This document shows positions 12,509 through 25,062 of a stretch of DNA of 64,000 bases, one piece after another. The stretch is from Eledone cirrhosa (Eukaryota). Location: the NCBI GenBank assembly GCA_964016885.1, contig OZ024743.1:125984001-126048000 (forward strand). Reading direction: 5' to 3'. The translations under genes and the position numbers were made by a program. Within the stretch, counting starts at the first letter, position 1. The number at the start of each line of letters is the position of its first letter. The notes beneath the pieces were generated by a model. The model was not told where the DNA came from, ran no database searches, and saw nothing but the letters and a program-made list of their open reading frames with translations.

Positions 12509-12934
12509 AATATGTATAGAAATTTCGATTCTCCAAAGAAATACGGTTTTAGGAAGCCGTAGCACAGTGGTCTGGATAACCAAAGATGTGGGTTCGACTC
12601 CCATGTACGTCAATACTCATCTTTTTCCATTTATCTGAGGGTTCTAAACCCCATTATCAGGCTAAAATTCCTTTAGTCAAAAATACGGTGAAAGCTATAT
12701 ATTTTTTTATTTCAAACCTGCTCACTGTTTCAAAACATACTTACTTGCCATTTATACTCGCTAAGAATGTAGTTTCTAATTTGAATGGAAAGAGATGGGT
12801 AATGGTAGCACAGTGGTCTGGATAACCAAAGATGTGGGTTCGACTCCCATGTACGTCAATACTCATCTTTTTCCATTTATCTGAGGGTTCTAAACTTCTT
12901 TTAGTCAAAAATACAGTGAAAGCTATATATTTTC
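12509..12934. mobile_element. Composite repeat: Penelope-like terminal segment joined to a tandemly duplicated tRNA-like (A/B-box) unit
   Basis: 12509-12563 matches 11339-11393; unit GTAGCACAGTGGT...GGTTCGACTCCC...AAAGCTATATAT at 12559 and 12805 (period 246). Confidence 0.55.
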
Positions 12935-15900
12935 TAATATCTATATTTATACGTCATAATTTTATGTATGTACCTTTGTTAACATTGAAAGTTAGAGAAC
13001 TAAATCCTTCCAAATTATTGATTATTTTCAGTATGATCGAAAACCATAGTCAGTGTCTTTCATTAGTAATATGGTAATAAAAGGGTTAATAATTTTTCCT
13101 TGAAATAATAAAATACACTCTACCTCTCTTGCAGGGGTTCCCAAACTGAAGTAAATTTGCCTTCAAGGAATATATTTTGCCCCTGCAGGAGCTAAATTTG
13201 TTAATTTTGGGCTTGTACATATGTTTTTTCCATTATAATTATAATCAATCTGAAATTGAGAAAAAATATGAAGTAATCTTATTTTGTTTATTATAATGGT
13301 AATTTGTTTTCTTCCTACCATTTTGGACACAAGGATTTGTATGAACCTCATTAATTGATGTGTTGACTGACCATATTTCATTCTAATGCCAATGTCTATT
13401 CATCACTAGTTCATATTAACTGACTGTATTTTGGTTGTATCTAAATTAAGGTTTCTAATGTTGTGATGGCACAGTAAATAACCAGTACGAAATAGATGTT
13501 ATATGCCTACTTAAATCAACAAAAGATGTCATTTAAACTGCTATCTCTATTTATATGTGTTAAGTTAGGAAAATAGTTTTATTTTTTAATATTTCAAGAT
13601 TTTTACAAAAGTAAAAGTTTAATTGTTTAAGATATATCTATATTTCAGAGTTGTGCCTGTTAGGAAAATTACTTGTTTTATGACCATGTACTGAAGTTGA
13701 AGAATCATTTTAGCCATAACACACATGAAAAAAGTGATATTTCATTTTTCATTTATTTTGTGATGTCAATGCTTTCATTGACCTGGTCACTGTAGCATTT
13801 TTACAGAATTCTATCAATAACCAGCCTGCAACGAATGCAACAAAATGTTTTGGCATCTGTAGAATAAATGAAAAGTGAATAGAACAGATTTTGTGTTTTT
13901 TAAATGGCTATAATGACACTTCCACAATATAATTGCTATTTATATTTCTCTGAAACTAATCTTTGATCTACAAACATTATTTTCAATTTTTTTTTTTTTT
14001 CTATTACTCAAGTGAAATTGCTAAAGCTTTTAAATAAATATATTATATAACTTGAATTTTAGCTGTATTCTTTTGTATCATGCCTTCCCCTCTGTTATGG
14101 CTATTGGGGTACATCAATAAGTTTTCGATCAAACTAGTTCACAGCCCAGCTTTGATTCTTCAGTAAAGACTATTTCACACACATCTCTTTGAAACATATG
14201 AATGTTACAATTTCCTATTTCCTTTCCTTTATGCCTGTGAGAGTGAGAGGTCATTGTTTTTTATGTTCTTGCATGCTTGCTTGGGTGGGATGCAGGCAAG
14301 AGTTTATCCCAGTTTCATGAGGTGTTAAGTAACTATGAGTAGAAGACTCACCTCTAGATTAGATGCCATTCTGTCACGGGGCTAATGGGGCTAACCCTTA
14401 GCTGCTGCTGTTTGTGATTAATTTCAACTGACATTCAGTGTGTCTTGGGCATTTTAAAACCTGGCAGAGCCCATCTCTTTCCAGATCTGAACACAACAGA
14501 TTTCCTTCAGAGAAAGAGAGAGAGGTGGTGTGGGGGGGGGGGGGGGGGGATTGACACAGTTGACTGGTATTTTATTGATCTTTAAAGGATAAAAAGTAAA
14601 GTTGACTACGGTAGGATTTAAATTCAAAGTGCAGTAAGCCAGAACAAATACTAAGAATTTTTAATCCAACACCCTAACAATACTGTCAAATCACCAACTG
14701 AATTAGAGCAGTATTAAATGAAATGTCTTGCTCGAGTAACACATCATGCCACCTTGCCTGGGAATTGAACTCACAGATATTATGATTGTGAACTTAACAC
14801 TCTAACCAATAGGCCACTTACTTATGCCCAGTATATATCTGTATAAGAGATTATTTGTGGTCTTCTCTCTAAGGGTAGTGGAGTTAGTATAAATGGTAAA
14901 GTGACAATCTAGGTGCAGAGCTATATAACTTAATGTTTTGTATTTTAGAGTTTAAATATTATGAGAGTTGATTTTGTCTTTCATTTTCTGAGGGTTGATG
15001 CCATCATTATTTTACATCTGCCATCCATGCTGACATGGATTGAACAAGTCAACATGATCCAAGGCTAAACATGTCAGGGAACCATATCTTACTCATGTGT
15101 TCCATATTTTGGCATGGTTTCTACAGCCAGATGCCTTTCCTAACACAAACCATTTTACAAAGCATACTGGGTACATTTTATTGTGGCTCCAGCACTTGAG
15201 CTTATTGGGTGAAGTTTGTGACACCAGCACCTAGTAATATATTCTTCCCAAAGTTTAGCTTATGTGTAAAAATCATCATCAAACGTTTATTTTCCATGCA
15301 TGGGTTTCCCGAGTTGTCACATTCTAAAGCTAGGCAGGTCAGATTACTCTCTTGTTCATACAGTCCATTTTTTGCTTGGTTTCTATGGCTGTTGACCAGG
15401 TGTGTTTTATTGTGGTACCACCACTACCTCCTGACATGGTGGACTGGGTGCATTTATCATCTTTACAGTGTAGGCTAGGTGCATTTTATTGTGGCACCAG
15501 CACTACTGCTTTTCAACACTAGGGTGTTTGTTGTTTCCTTGGCCAGACTTATTGCTTGCTAAGAGAGGGGATGAGAAGAAGTGACCTTAAAGAGTAATGT
15601 CTATCAGTAGCTTGTTTGGTGTACCCGTCTTTCCATAAAAGTGCTTATTCCTTTCCAGTTATGATCAATAATTGGTGGGGTTGTGTTGGGTGGCTACATC
15701 AATATATTGAATATTATTAACATTCAGATTTGGTTGAGTGCTTAGCAGAGTTTATTTTATTTTTTATTTAGATTGAATATCCCCCACTTCTCTATGTTTG
15801 AAACTCATTTTTATAATATGATTCCATTTCCTGCCCTCCCATTCGCTGTTAAATATTCACCCTCCTTTTTTTCTTGATTGTTAATGGCACACTGCCCTAT

Positions 15901-16789
15901 TGATGGTTTTTATTGAGCTCTATTAATTGATTCTTCATTATAACTTGTAATGTATAGACTTCTACAGGAATTACCAATCAAGTGACTGATGATATGGTGT
16001 CTGTGTGTTTGTATCTGTACGTGTGTCTGCATTTGTTTGTGTGCATTGTGTGTATCTGCATGAGTGTAGCTGCACTTGGATGTGTCTACACATGTGAATG
16101 TGCCTATATCTGCATGTGTATATGCATGCACATTTCTTGGTATGTGTGTGTGTCTGCATCTGTGTGTGTGGGTTTGCATTCATGTATGTGTGTGTGTCCT
16201 CGTCTGTGTATGTATGCATTCAAGTGCATATGAAGTTAAATGTGAGTCAGAAATGCTACTACTTGATATGAACATGAGAGCTGTTTGTGGTATGAAGTAG
16301 TAAGCTGGTACCGACTAGTCTGCAAACTATCAACATAACAATATTCCAATATCAGCTCCCCTTATTAGTTGGCTGGGGGCATTAACGAGGAAGGAAAACA
16401 ACAGGTTTTGTTCTGTTTTACTTTAGACAATAACAGACTAGTTTGTTTCCAACTGGAAGATGTTAGCAGTGAGGATATATATATATATATATATATATAT
16501 GTGAAGTGTAACAACACTGTAGTTAGTGATTAGTAGATAATGTAAAATATTCTCAAGTGAATTGTAGACTTAAACTACTTGAGGGAGCATTATTCACTAA
16601 TTTACTACCATTTTCTTTATTAGTAATGCTGACCTCTTTAGAAATGATATGGAGCAGTGCTAGCTAATTGATAATAGCTTATAAAATACTGTTGAGAAAT
16701 TGAGAATCATCTGTGTTCTTTCTTAACCTGAAAGAAGTACTTTCTATATTTTAATCTGAAACCAAGAACAAAACAAACAATTTAAAGAG

Positions 16790-16875
16790 ATGGGAATTTC
16801 TATGCGTAAATGGCGGAAATGTAAAAAAAAATGTGTTCATCCTGAAATATCACCACTACAAGCCAAGATGTTCAG
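16790..16875 (+). CDS. Candidate first coding exon: MGISMRKWRKCKKKCVHPEISPLQAKMF, phase 2
   Basis: Unique non-repeat sequence; AGAGATGG start context; open frame ending at consensus donor CAG|GTAAG; no homology recognised. Confidence 0.45.
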
Positions 16876-17337
16876 GTAAGCAAAAAATATTTGCATTTGA
16901 ATGAATAGATCCACCCTTCCCCTCTGCTATTCAGATTCAGTTGATATAAATATATTTATTGATATTATAGTAGTACAGTTTAACCGTATGGATAATTTAC
17001 CCAATTTTTAAAACTATTTTTTATAGTGGTTGTCTGTTGTTATAGTTATTTTCTGCGTTTGCGACTCTCATATTTTCAGTAGTATAGTTATTATATGAAG
17101 CATTGTAAAATGCTTGAATTAGAAGTATTTTAGAAGGATGCTACTTTATTATATGCCACTACTTACATGGTGGTCATTATCATCTACATCATCATTTTAT
17201 GTTCACTTTCCATATTGACATGGGTTGGACGGTTTGTCACAGTTGAGAGCAGATGGATCAGAATGACCCAATACTTGTAACTATGTTTATTGATATTAAA
17301 CTGACTATATTCAGTGCTCTATGTATCTGTAGATTAA

Positions 17338-17579
17338 CCCTTTTATTACTTTAATGAAAGACACTGCCTATGATTTTCAAATAATTTTGAAATTAATCAA
17401 GAATTTGAATTTGGAGGGATTTAGTAATATTACTTTCTCATTAGTGTTTGGAGCATAACTAAAAGGTTTTTTAAATAAAATTATGATTGTTGGTTTTTAA
17501 ATAAATTTAAACACTTTAAAATAAACACCCTTATATTGTGAAACCAGGGGCGGTTTCAAGCAGTTCAGTATAAAAATGG
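17338..17579. mobile_element. TTAA MITE family B
   Basis: TTAA|CCCTTTT...AAAATGG|TTAA; reverse-orientation homolog of 21124-21377; other copies near 8940-9110, 9760-9986, 42560-42770. Confidence 0.75.
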
Positions 17580-17754
17580 TTAAGGGATGTTTTAGGAGCA
17601 GTGCACATTTTAAACACATTGTGTGTGTGTAAAATATTTGATGGTTTTTGTAAACTGAGATTTTACATATTTTTTTCTATATTTAACACTGGATTGGTAG
17701 AAAGATTTTTTGGATTATAAGTTTTGTTGATAATGTTTGTCATCCTTTTTTCAG

Positions 17755-17780
17755 TATATATTCTACGGGGGAATGCAAAG
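17755..17780 (+). CDS. Candidate 26-nt micro-exon ((S)IYSTGECK, phase 2 to phase 1)
   Basis: Acceptor CCTTTTTTCAG| and donor AAG|GTAATA; stays in frame when spliced to 16790-16875. Confidence 0.35.
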
Positions 17781-18459
17781 GTAATACTGCGGATCTGTGA
17801 GCTAAGTTCAAAATTTTAAGGACTTTGTTAAAAACATAATATGCATGCACTATTTGGAATCCATTCTTCTCTAAGTGTAAATATCTCTCCCTTTCAATTG
17901 TTATTTTCACTCAATAACAAACTGAGAGTGGGGTGTAATTGTATATCATAAATATATATAATTTATATGTATAACTAAATGTTATATATGTAGGTGATGC
18001 CCCAGCATGGCTGCAGTCTAATGACTGAAACCAATAAAAGAAAAAGATTGTCTATTTATATACTTCTAAACTTGTGAATCTGTATTTCTGTTTGTGTGTA
18101 CCAAGATTTTCATGAAAACAGATCATAGTGCTGCAAACATGTTTTTACTAATGTACTTTTAAGAACTAGTCTTGTGTTTTTTCCTAAAATAACTTCTAAT
18201 ACAATTCTAGTGCTGGAACCCTCAAAACTAAAGAATGCTTTTCCCCCTGATTTTATCAATAATGAAAAAGTCTTTTTTAGCCATTCATGGAAGAAAGACA
18301 GCTGAAAGCAACACACATATGCACACACACACACACATTCTCTTTCTCTCTCTCACTCACACATATATATTCATTTTATTGAGGCTAAATAGTGTGTCTT
18401 GTTACTCTGGAGTTTTGCCTGTTTATCAGAGGGTCTGTGATATTTAGTCATTCATTATG

Positions 18460-19510
18460 TCAAGGAGTAGACTTGAGATGTCCCCTATCCTGCATCTGAT
18501 TTCTCTTATGCCCAGTTTCTCTCTCAGTTCCTTTATGCTTAGCTGTTCATGTATATTACTATTACATATCCATCAGAGCATGCAAGCTTCATTAGTTTCC
18601 AATCTTTGTAGGACCTCTGCACACAGCACGCAGGTCTCACTACCATGTAGTATTTCTGTTTGTATACATGTATCACACAATCTGCCCTTCATTTTGAGGG
18701 AAAAACCTTTTGTAGTTAGCAGCACTTTCTCCATCCCTTTCTTACACTGGCTACAGTACTTTTGGAAAACACACCTCCACTGCTAATTTAGTCTCTCAGG
18801 TAACAGAAGTTGTCAACTGTTTCCACAGAACCTTTCAAGAATTTGATATCGCTTGTTTCCCCATGGGCATTTGCTGCTTACTGATTCTGTGTAATGGCCA
18901 CATATAAAACCTACATTCTTAACTAACCTACCTTAGATCCCACAACATCTCTTGTATGCTCATAGCTTGCATTTGGGACAGAGGATGGAATTTCTACCCA
19001 CCCCTTTCCTACACACTGAGCAAGGTCATTTCCTTGAGGAGATCTGGTCCCTGTTTTCCCTTCTACTCACTAGGACCTTAGTCTTTGTCAAGTTGACTTT
19101 AAGAAAGACCATTTTATTCTAGGTGATGCTTCCAGATTTGGAATTTTTTCTCTAATTCTGCCATAAATTCAGCTATAAGGGTTATATCATCTACATACAG
19201 GAGTTCCTATGGGCAGCCTGTTTTAAACTCCTATTTTATAGCCTACCAGATGTTAATAAACAGAGGATCTAAGTCTTAGCAGACACCTTCCTGCATGTTA
19301 AATTCTTAGCTATAGTCATTGATAATCCTAATTTTGCTGACTGTTCCTCTACACATGGCTTGTACAGCCTTCACAACCCACTCATCTACTTCTAGTTTTC
19401 TAAGAGCCCACCAGATTATGGCATGGGGGACTCTGTCAAAAGTGAATTGAACCTAAAGGGGTACATTTACCTGGCACAAATCTGAACTGCATTTCATCTA
19501 GGTTAACTTG
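18460..19510 (-). pseudogene. Degraded RTE LINE family A (RT, PHD finger, C-terminus)
   Basis: Minus strand shows WWALRKLEVDEW, ELLYVDD, KxPCSVCRKGVGRNSILCPKCK and LHGSETC; many stops and indels. Confidence 0.85.
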
Positions 19511-19757
19511 TATATATGTATATATCTGTATATATATATGACAGGTCAATGAGTAAGTTATGTGTGAATGGCTCATAAGTGCTGACAAATAATATGTATG
19601 AGTTTGCATGTATGTTTATGTGATAAATTCACATATATAGAGAAAGTACAGAGGTAATAGAGCCTGTGTAAATGTGTATATAAATTTACACATTGTGTAT
19701 GTAAACATGCCAAATATTTGTATTTCTCAGTAAATTGAAAAAAAGTTATTAAATACC

Positions 19758-20718
19758 TCTTCTTCTTCACTCACTTATTCCTGGGAGAGTTGTTAGGGCA
19801 GAGTCTTCAAACACACCTGCCAGCGGGTCCTGTCAGAAGCAACTATCTCCAACTGATCTGGCTAGATCCCAAAGTGAGACCAGCTAAGCTCATGGATGTT
19901 ATCCAATCATCTTGCTCTGGGTCTCCTGCCGGTTGGTTTTGCCCATAAAATCTGTCCAGAGATTCTTTCCTGCGATGTTCTAACCACGTGCCTATAGTAT
20001 TGGAGTTGTGATCTCTCCATTCGGAGAAGTAGTGGCTCTACCTGGAGTGACTCTCTGATCTCCGAGCTATGCACTCTATCGAGTAATGTTACTCCAAAGA
20101 CCATTTGGAGGAATCCCATTTTGGCTGCTTGTATTTGCAATCGTATTCTTTTGGTCTTTACTGAAGATTCATTACCTTAGGTAAGGGTTGGCTCAAATAC
20201 CGAATTGAAGATAGCGAATTTGGCTTTTACACCCACCTCCCCTCTTTTGATTACTGAATGCTGAAGCTGGCGCATTACTGCACCAGCTCCTGCAATTCTT
20301 GTACTTAATTCAGTCTCTTGCCTTCCATCACTCATGAACACGACCCCAAGATACTTGAACTTCTCCACCTGCTTCAGTGGAACTCTATTTACATGTAGAG
20401 TGTACTGCACAGGCTTCCTTGAGAGGATGAACACTTCAGTTTTCGCAGCACTGATTTTCATTCCAGCCATGCAGCACTCTGCATCAAACCTATCAAATGC
20501 AAATCGCAGATCACCTGTTGAGTTAAGTAACACCATGTCATCTGCAAATTCAATTGACTGACTTTACACCCGCCAGATGTGATACCCCTTCCAGCTTGGC
20601 ATGTAAATAACGAACAGGAGAAGTGACAGTATGCACCCTTGGTGGAGACCGAATCCCACAGTGAATGGTTTCAATTTAGTACCATTTATCCGAACACAAA
20701 TACTTGGGCATTTTCGAA
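19758..20718 (-). pseudogene. 5'-truncated RTE LINE family B with (GAA)n tail
   Basis: GLHQGCILSLLLF, EFADDMVLL, KQVEKFKYLG, QLQYYRHVVR, GRRPRAR; tail CTTCTTCTTC on plus. Confidence 0.9.
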
Positions 20719-21123
20719 CATTTTGGGGTTCTCATCAGAAGATATATCATCTATACAACCATATGGAAATATGTAACTAAGAGGCTTACCTTATCATTAT
20801 ATATTGAATGTGTAAATTTATATACCCATTTATGCAGTCTTGGTTATGTCTGTATTGTATAATTAGATATAAATTCATCGTATACTTACTTCACTTGCTT
20901 AGCACACAACTTAATATGTATCAAATTACTAACATAAATACTAGTAATATGCATATTAGTATGTCTATTTCAGGATATTACTTTAAGTGATAGGTTTATA
21001 AATAAGCCTCTCAATTATGAATTTCCTTGAGGTTGATATACAAATCTTCTAATGAGAACCTCAAAAGGTGTGTGTGGACTTATTTATCAAAGAAACTACT
21101 TTCAATTTGATTTGGAATTTCAA

Positions 21124-21377
21124 CCATTTTGATACCAAACCACCTGTAACCACCTTTGGTTCTATGATACAAAACTGTTTCTTTTAAAATGTTTATATTA
21201 CACTGAACACTTCCCATCATAAATTTATATAAGAACTTTTGTTATATTCCAAATACTTACTTAATAATTAAAAGATTAGTTATTTTACTAAATTCTTCAG
21301 AATTTTTGATTATTTAAAAAATAAGTTGAAAATCATTGGCAGTGTCTTTTATAGAAATATGTATGGTAAGGAAAGGG
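21124..21377. mobile_element. TTAA MITE family B
   Basis: CCATTTTGATACC...GGAAAGGG|TTAA; homologous to 17338-17579. Confidence 0.7.
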
Positions 21378-21667
21378 TTAAATGATGATGTGACTTATAT
21401 TTAGATAATTTTCAAAATACAATTTATTTTAATCCTTTGAAAAATATGAGGTATATTTTATATGAGATTACTCATTGAAAGCAATTGATTACAAGTTTAT
21501 ACCCAAAGTTTGATATAATTTCATTCTTTTGTTATCATATTTATAATGAAAGACACTGCCTATAATTTTGAAATTAACCAAGAATTTGGAGAAATTTAGT
21601 AATATAACTAACTTTCTCATGATTATGCTGGTGTTTAGAACATAATAATGGTTCTTACTTAAATATA

Positions 21668-21859
21668 TAAGTATAAAGGATGATGTGCTCAAGTGTATAG
21701 ATGCTATAAAATAGCTTATAAAATAGGGTGAAGACCCTTAAAAGATGGAAAAAGAAGTTGCCATCGGCCCATCTTTTTCCATCTTTTAAGGGTCTTCACC
21801 CTATTTTATAAGTGATTTTATAGCATCTATGCACTTGAGCAGATCATCCTTTATACTTA
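21668..21859. repeat. Fold-back palindrome (~88-bp arms, 16-nt loop)
   Basis: TAAGTATAAAGGATGAT...AAGATGGAAAAAGA mirrored by TCTTTTTCCATCTT...ATCATCCTTTATACTTA with only a few mismatches. Confidence 0.9.
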
Positions 21860-21869
21860 CATGTATGTA

Positions 21870-21937
<68 letters not shown>

Positions 21938-21939
<2 letters not shown>

Positions 21940-22124
21940 AACAAGACCCCGACGGCTGAGCTCAAGCCGTTTCGACGGCTAATTCTGTACTGGAATTAGC
22001 CGTCGAAACGGCGTGAGCTCAGCCGTCGGGGTCTTACTTGTTCCTATTACCCACTCTACTACCCTAAGTATTGAGTACTTTGGTGCGTTATGGTCCACCT
22101 GGTTCCTTACCACATTTCCTTCGT
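21938..22124. mobile_element. Hairpin-plus-tail element in (TA)n, copy 1
   Basis: ~50-bp-arm hairpin at 21938-22044 followed by TATTACCCACTCTACTACCCTAAGTATTGAGTAC...; homolog at 55329-55524. Confidence 0.75.
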
Positions 22125-22349
22125 TATATATATATATATATTAGATGTGTCTTTGCACATATAAACTCTCATATCTGATGAGATGTTGAAAAAGTGTCCA
22201 GCCCCGTCACCTTGATTCTACTCTGAGCTGATCGATATCAAAACAATTGTAATATGCAAATAAAGTTTGTACTTATGCAACACTGACTTCGACTCTTTTA
22301 AATCTAGCAGGAAAGGAAAACTTTGTATGTAGTAGATGTTCAGAGAAAA

Positions 22350-22760
22350 TTGATAGAAGTGTCATGGTAGGCACATTTTTCAAATGCAGGTAGGATCAAT
22401 AGAGGTGGTTGATAGCTTCCAATATCCAGGTGATCAAATTAGCAAGGGAAGGGGATGCTCTGAGGCCATAGTATCTAGAATAAGGACATGATGGATGAAG
22501 TTTAGGGAGTCCTCTTTTGACAACGAAGGGTTTCTCCCTGCAAACGAAAGGTCCGTTGAATGATGCCTGTATGCAATGCGTGATGCTAGTGAAACGTGAG
22601 CAACAATTGCAGAGGAAATGTGAAGGCTGGAGAGAGAGGAAGCAAGCATTCTTCGATGGATGTGCACTGTCAATGTGCATGAATGACCAAGCATGAACGA
22701 GTTGAGAAAGCAACTGTGTATAAGAGGAATAAGCTGTAGTGTGCAGGAGAAAAGACACAA
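22350..22760 (+). pseudogene. Degraded RTE family A C-terminal fragment
   Basis: VVDSFQYPGDQISKG, WMKFRES, KGFSL, NDACM motifs. Confidence 0.75.
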
Positions 22761-24959
22761 AAGGTGAGAGGTTTCTTCAAGTTGCATCAAGGGTATGACA
22801 ATCACTCTAGTGCTGATGCTATGATAAAATGCATCCATCACACTCTGTAAAATGGAATTAGGAAGGTCATCCAACTGTAGGAATCATGGTAAAATTGAGA
22901 TGTAAGACAAGGCCCTTGGACCATCTTGGAGGGTAGATCAATTAAGTACTGTCTTGTTGGAGTGTGTGGACCTACCAGGAAATAATAGACAGGTTTTTCT
23001 ATCTATTTAATGTAGTTACTGTTGGAAAGTGGATCTAAGCTGAAAGCAAAATGAAAGATCAGAGAGCTTTTACCTCTATAGGTCACAAACATTTTTCTAC
23101 AAAAGCAACTGGGCTGATATATCTGGAATGGCCTGATCAACACTCAATGATAAATGGAATGAATTTATTGTCTCAGAGTGGCAACAATTAATTTGATTTT
23201 GAAAGGGCTTTGTATAGAAGACCTAGATAACATGCAGACATTGGACAGAGATTACAACTAATATCTATAGAAAATACATCCACATACAAACATGTATATT
23301 TACATAATATGTATAATGTGAAAGATTAAGAAGCTAACTTTCACTAAAAGAAGCAACGTATCAGGTATTTTTATTATTCATCTAAAAACAATCTTGAATT
23401 CATCTTTTACTAACAAGGTTGGATTTGCTGCAATCTTTTTTTTAGAATATATGAATGAGATTGTCCCTTAGTAAGGTATGGTTAACCTCTTGTACTATGC
23501 ACCTCACTTAGAAATGTCACCTGCTTAATGGCTGTTAATATAACTTCTGTTCCAATAAACCTCAGCATTTATCTTCACAACAATAGATAGTTTTCATTCA
23601 AGTAGCACTGTAGGGCAAGCGGAACAAATGACACCAATAAGACATATGACAAAGTGTAGTACCATCTATTCCTTTGTATATTATTATCATTTTATAGTAT
23701 CTTTTCCTTCTGGCTTACTAATTTCTCCCCCAACTTCTTTATCACAATTTCCATCAATGGTATTCAACCTATTTTATCAATGACATATTTCAAAGGTGTT
23801 GACATCCTGAGACTTCATTAATAATTTGATCTACTTCAGTGTTTGTTATCTGTATTACAGTTGGTGGAGTTCTACTTCTACTTGGCCTTTTTCAGAGGTC
23901 ACTTTACAACACCAATTCAGACTTGCTTCAGATTTTAAAATTAAAATCCTACTCCAATTAGTCCTGATTTATTTATGTTATCTCTCAAATTTCCATTCAT
24001 GTGGATGAAAATTTGAAATGAATCGTTTTAATGTTTTTACTGTAGCTTGCTTGGCTATAGACCAAATTTAAGAAACTTTTGGGTTAAATTACACTATCAT
24101 TTACCGTAGATATATGCTGCGCAGTACGTCTATGTGTGTATTTTTGTATGTCTGTTTGTCACAGAAAAATGAGCTTGGCTGCAGTTGATTGATGTTTAAA
24201 TATTTATGTTTTTGCCGCTAAAATGTTGTAAAGTAATATATTGAGTTAGCCTGAACTTTATGGATTGTATTGTAGTAAACAGAGGCTCAGCATGTTCTTT
24301 TTTATTATTTACGTAGTTTTTTTAATATGAAGCATTAAGAAATATTACAAAGAGTTTATAAAAGAAATATATTTATTCATTAATAGACTGTAGATCCTGC
24401 CTATTCATTATAGCTATCTTAACATCCTGTACCACATGAAACCACATTAGCAAGACATTCTTGAAATGTATAAAACAACACTATGACTGTATCACATGAA
24501 AAATTAGTCTTTACTCTTTTTTTCTTTTAAATATCTGCCCACTAGTAAACATACTATAAAAACATTTGAATTAAATAAATTTTGAATGTACAAACTCGTT
24601 TTTAGATCTGCTAAATCACTACAGGGTGTTTAGAGCTAAAAAATACTACACACATTATCACCATCATCATTTTATACTCATTTTACCAGGCTGGCATGGG
24701 TTGGACAAGTCCTAAATCAATACTTAATCTGATGTACTGCCCCTCCCTAGATGGCCTGTAGGACTATGTCTCAATTATGTTCCAGTTTTGGCATGTTTTT
24801 TTTTTACATGGCTTTCATCATCCACTTGCATTACAATCCATATCAGTATTGCTACCTCATGAACAAATTGTTTGATATTTCTGATGCTGAACCATTCTTT
24901 TAACCCATTTATATAGGGTGTCCATCGAAACTCAGGTTTCATTCCTCTAATATTTATTA

Positions 24960-25062
24960 TGAGTTCTATAGGCCTAGGTGAGTTAATTATCTGTGGAGGT
25001 GAGGAGCTATTACATCTACTGGTAACTAAGTAATTCTCTCTCTCAGTGAATTGTAGATTGTA
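24960..25062 (+). pseudogene. RTE family A remnant, left part; continues at 28282-28460 after the Helitron
   Basis: AGATTGTA(25062) joined to TGATGCTTGTGTAC (28282) restores RLY-DACV, followed by MHGS. Confidence 0.7.

Noticed and set aside
12559-12605. tRNA gene
   Set aside because: A and B boxes are present, but there is no complete cloverleaf or acceptor stem; the same applies to the SINE heads
22165-22200. CTGATGA...GAAA hammerhead-like motif (CTGATGA also at 8233 and 29157)
   Set aside because: No stem II or stem III pairing, or no GAAA in position
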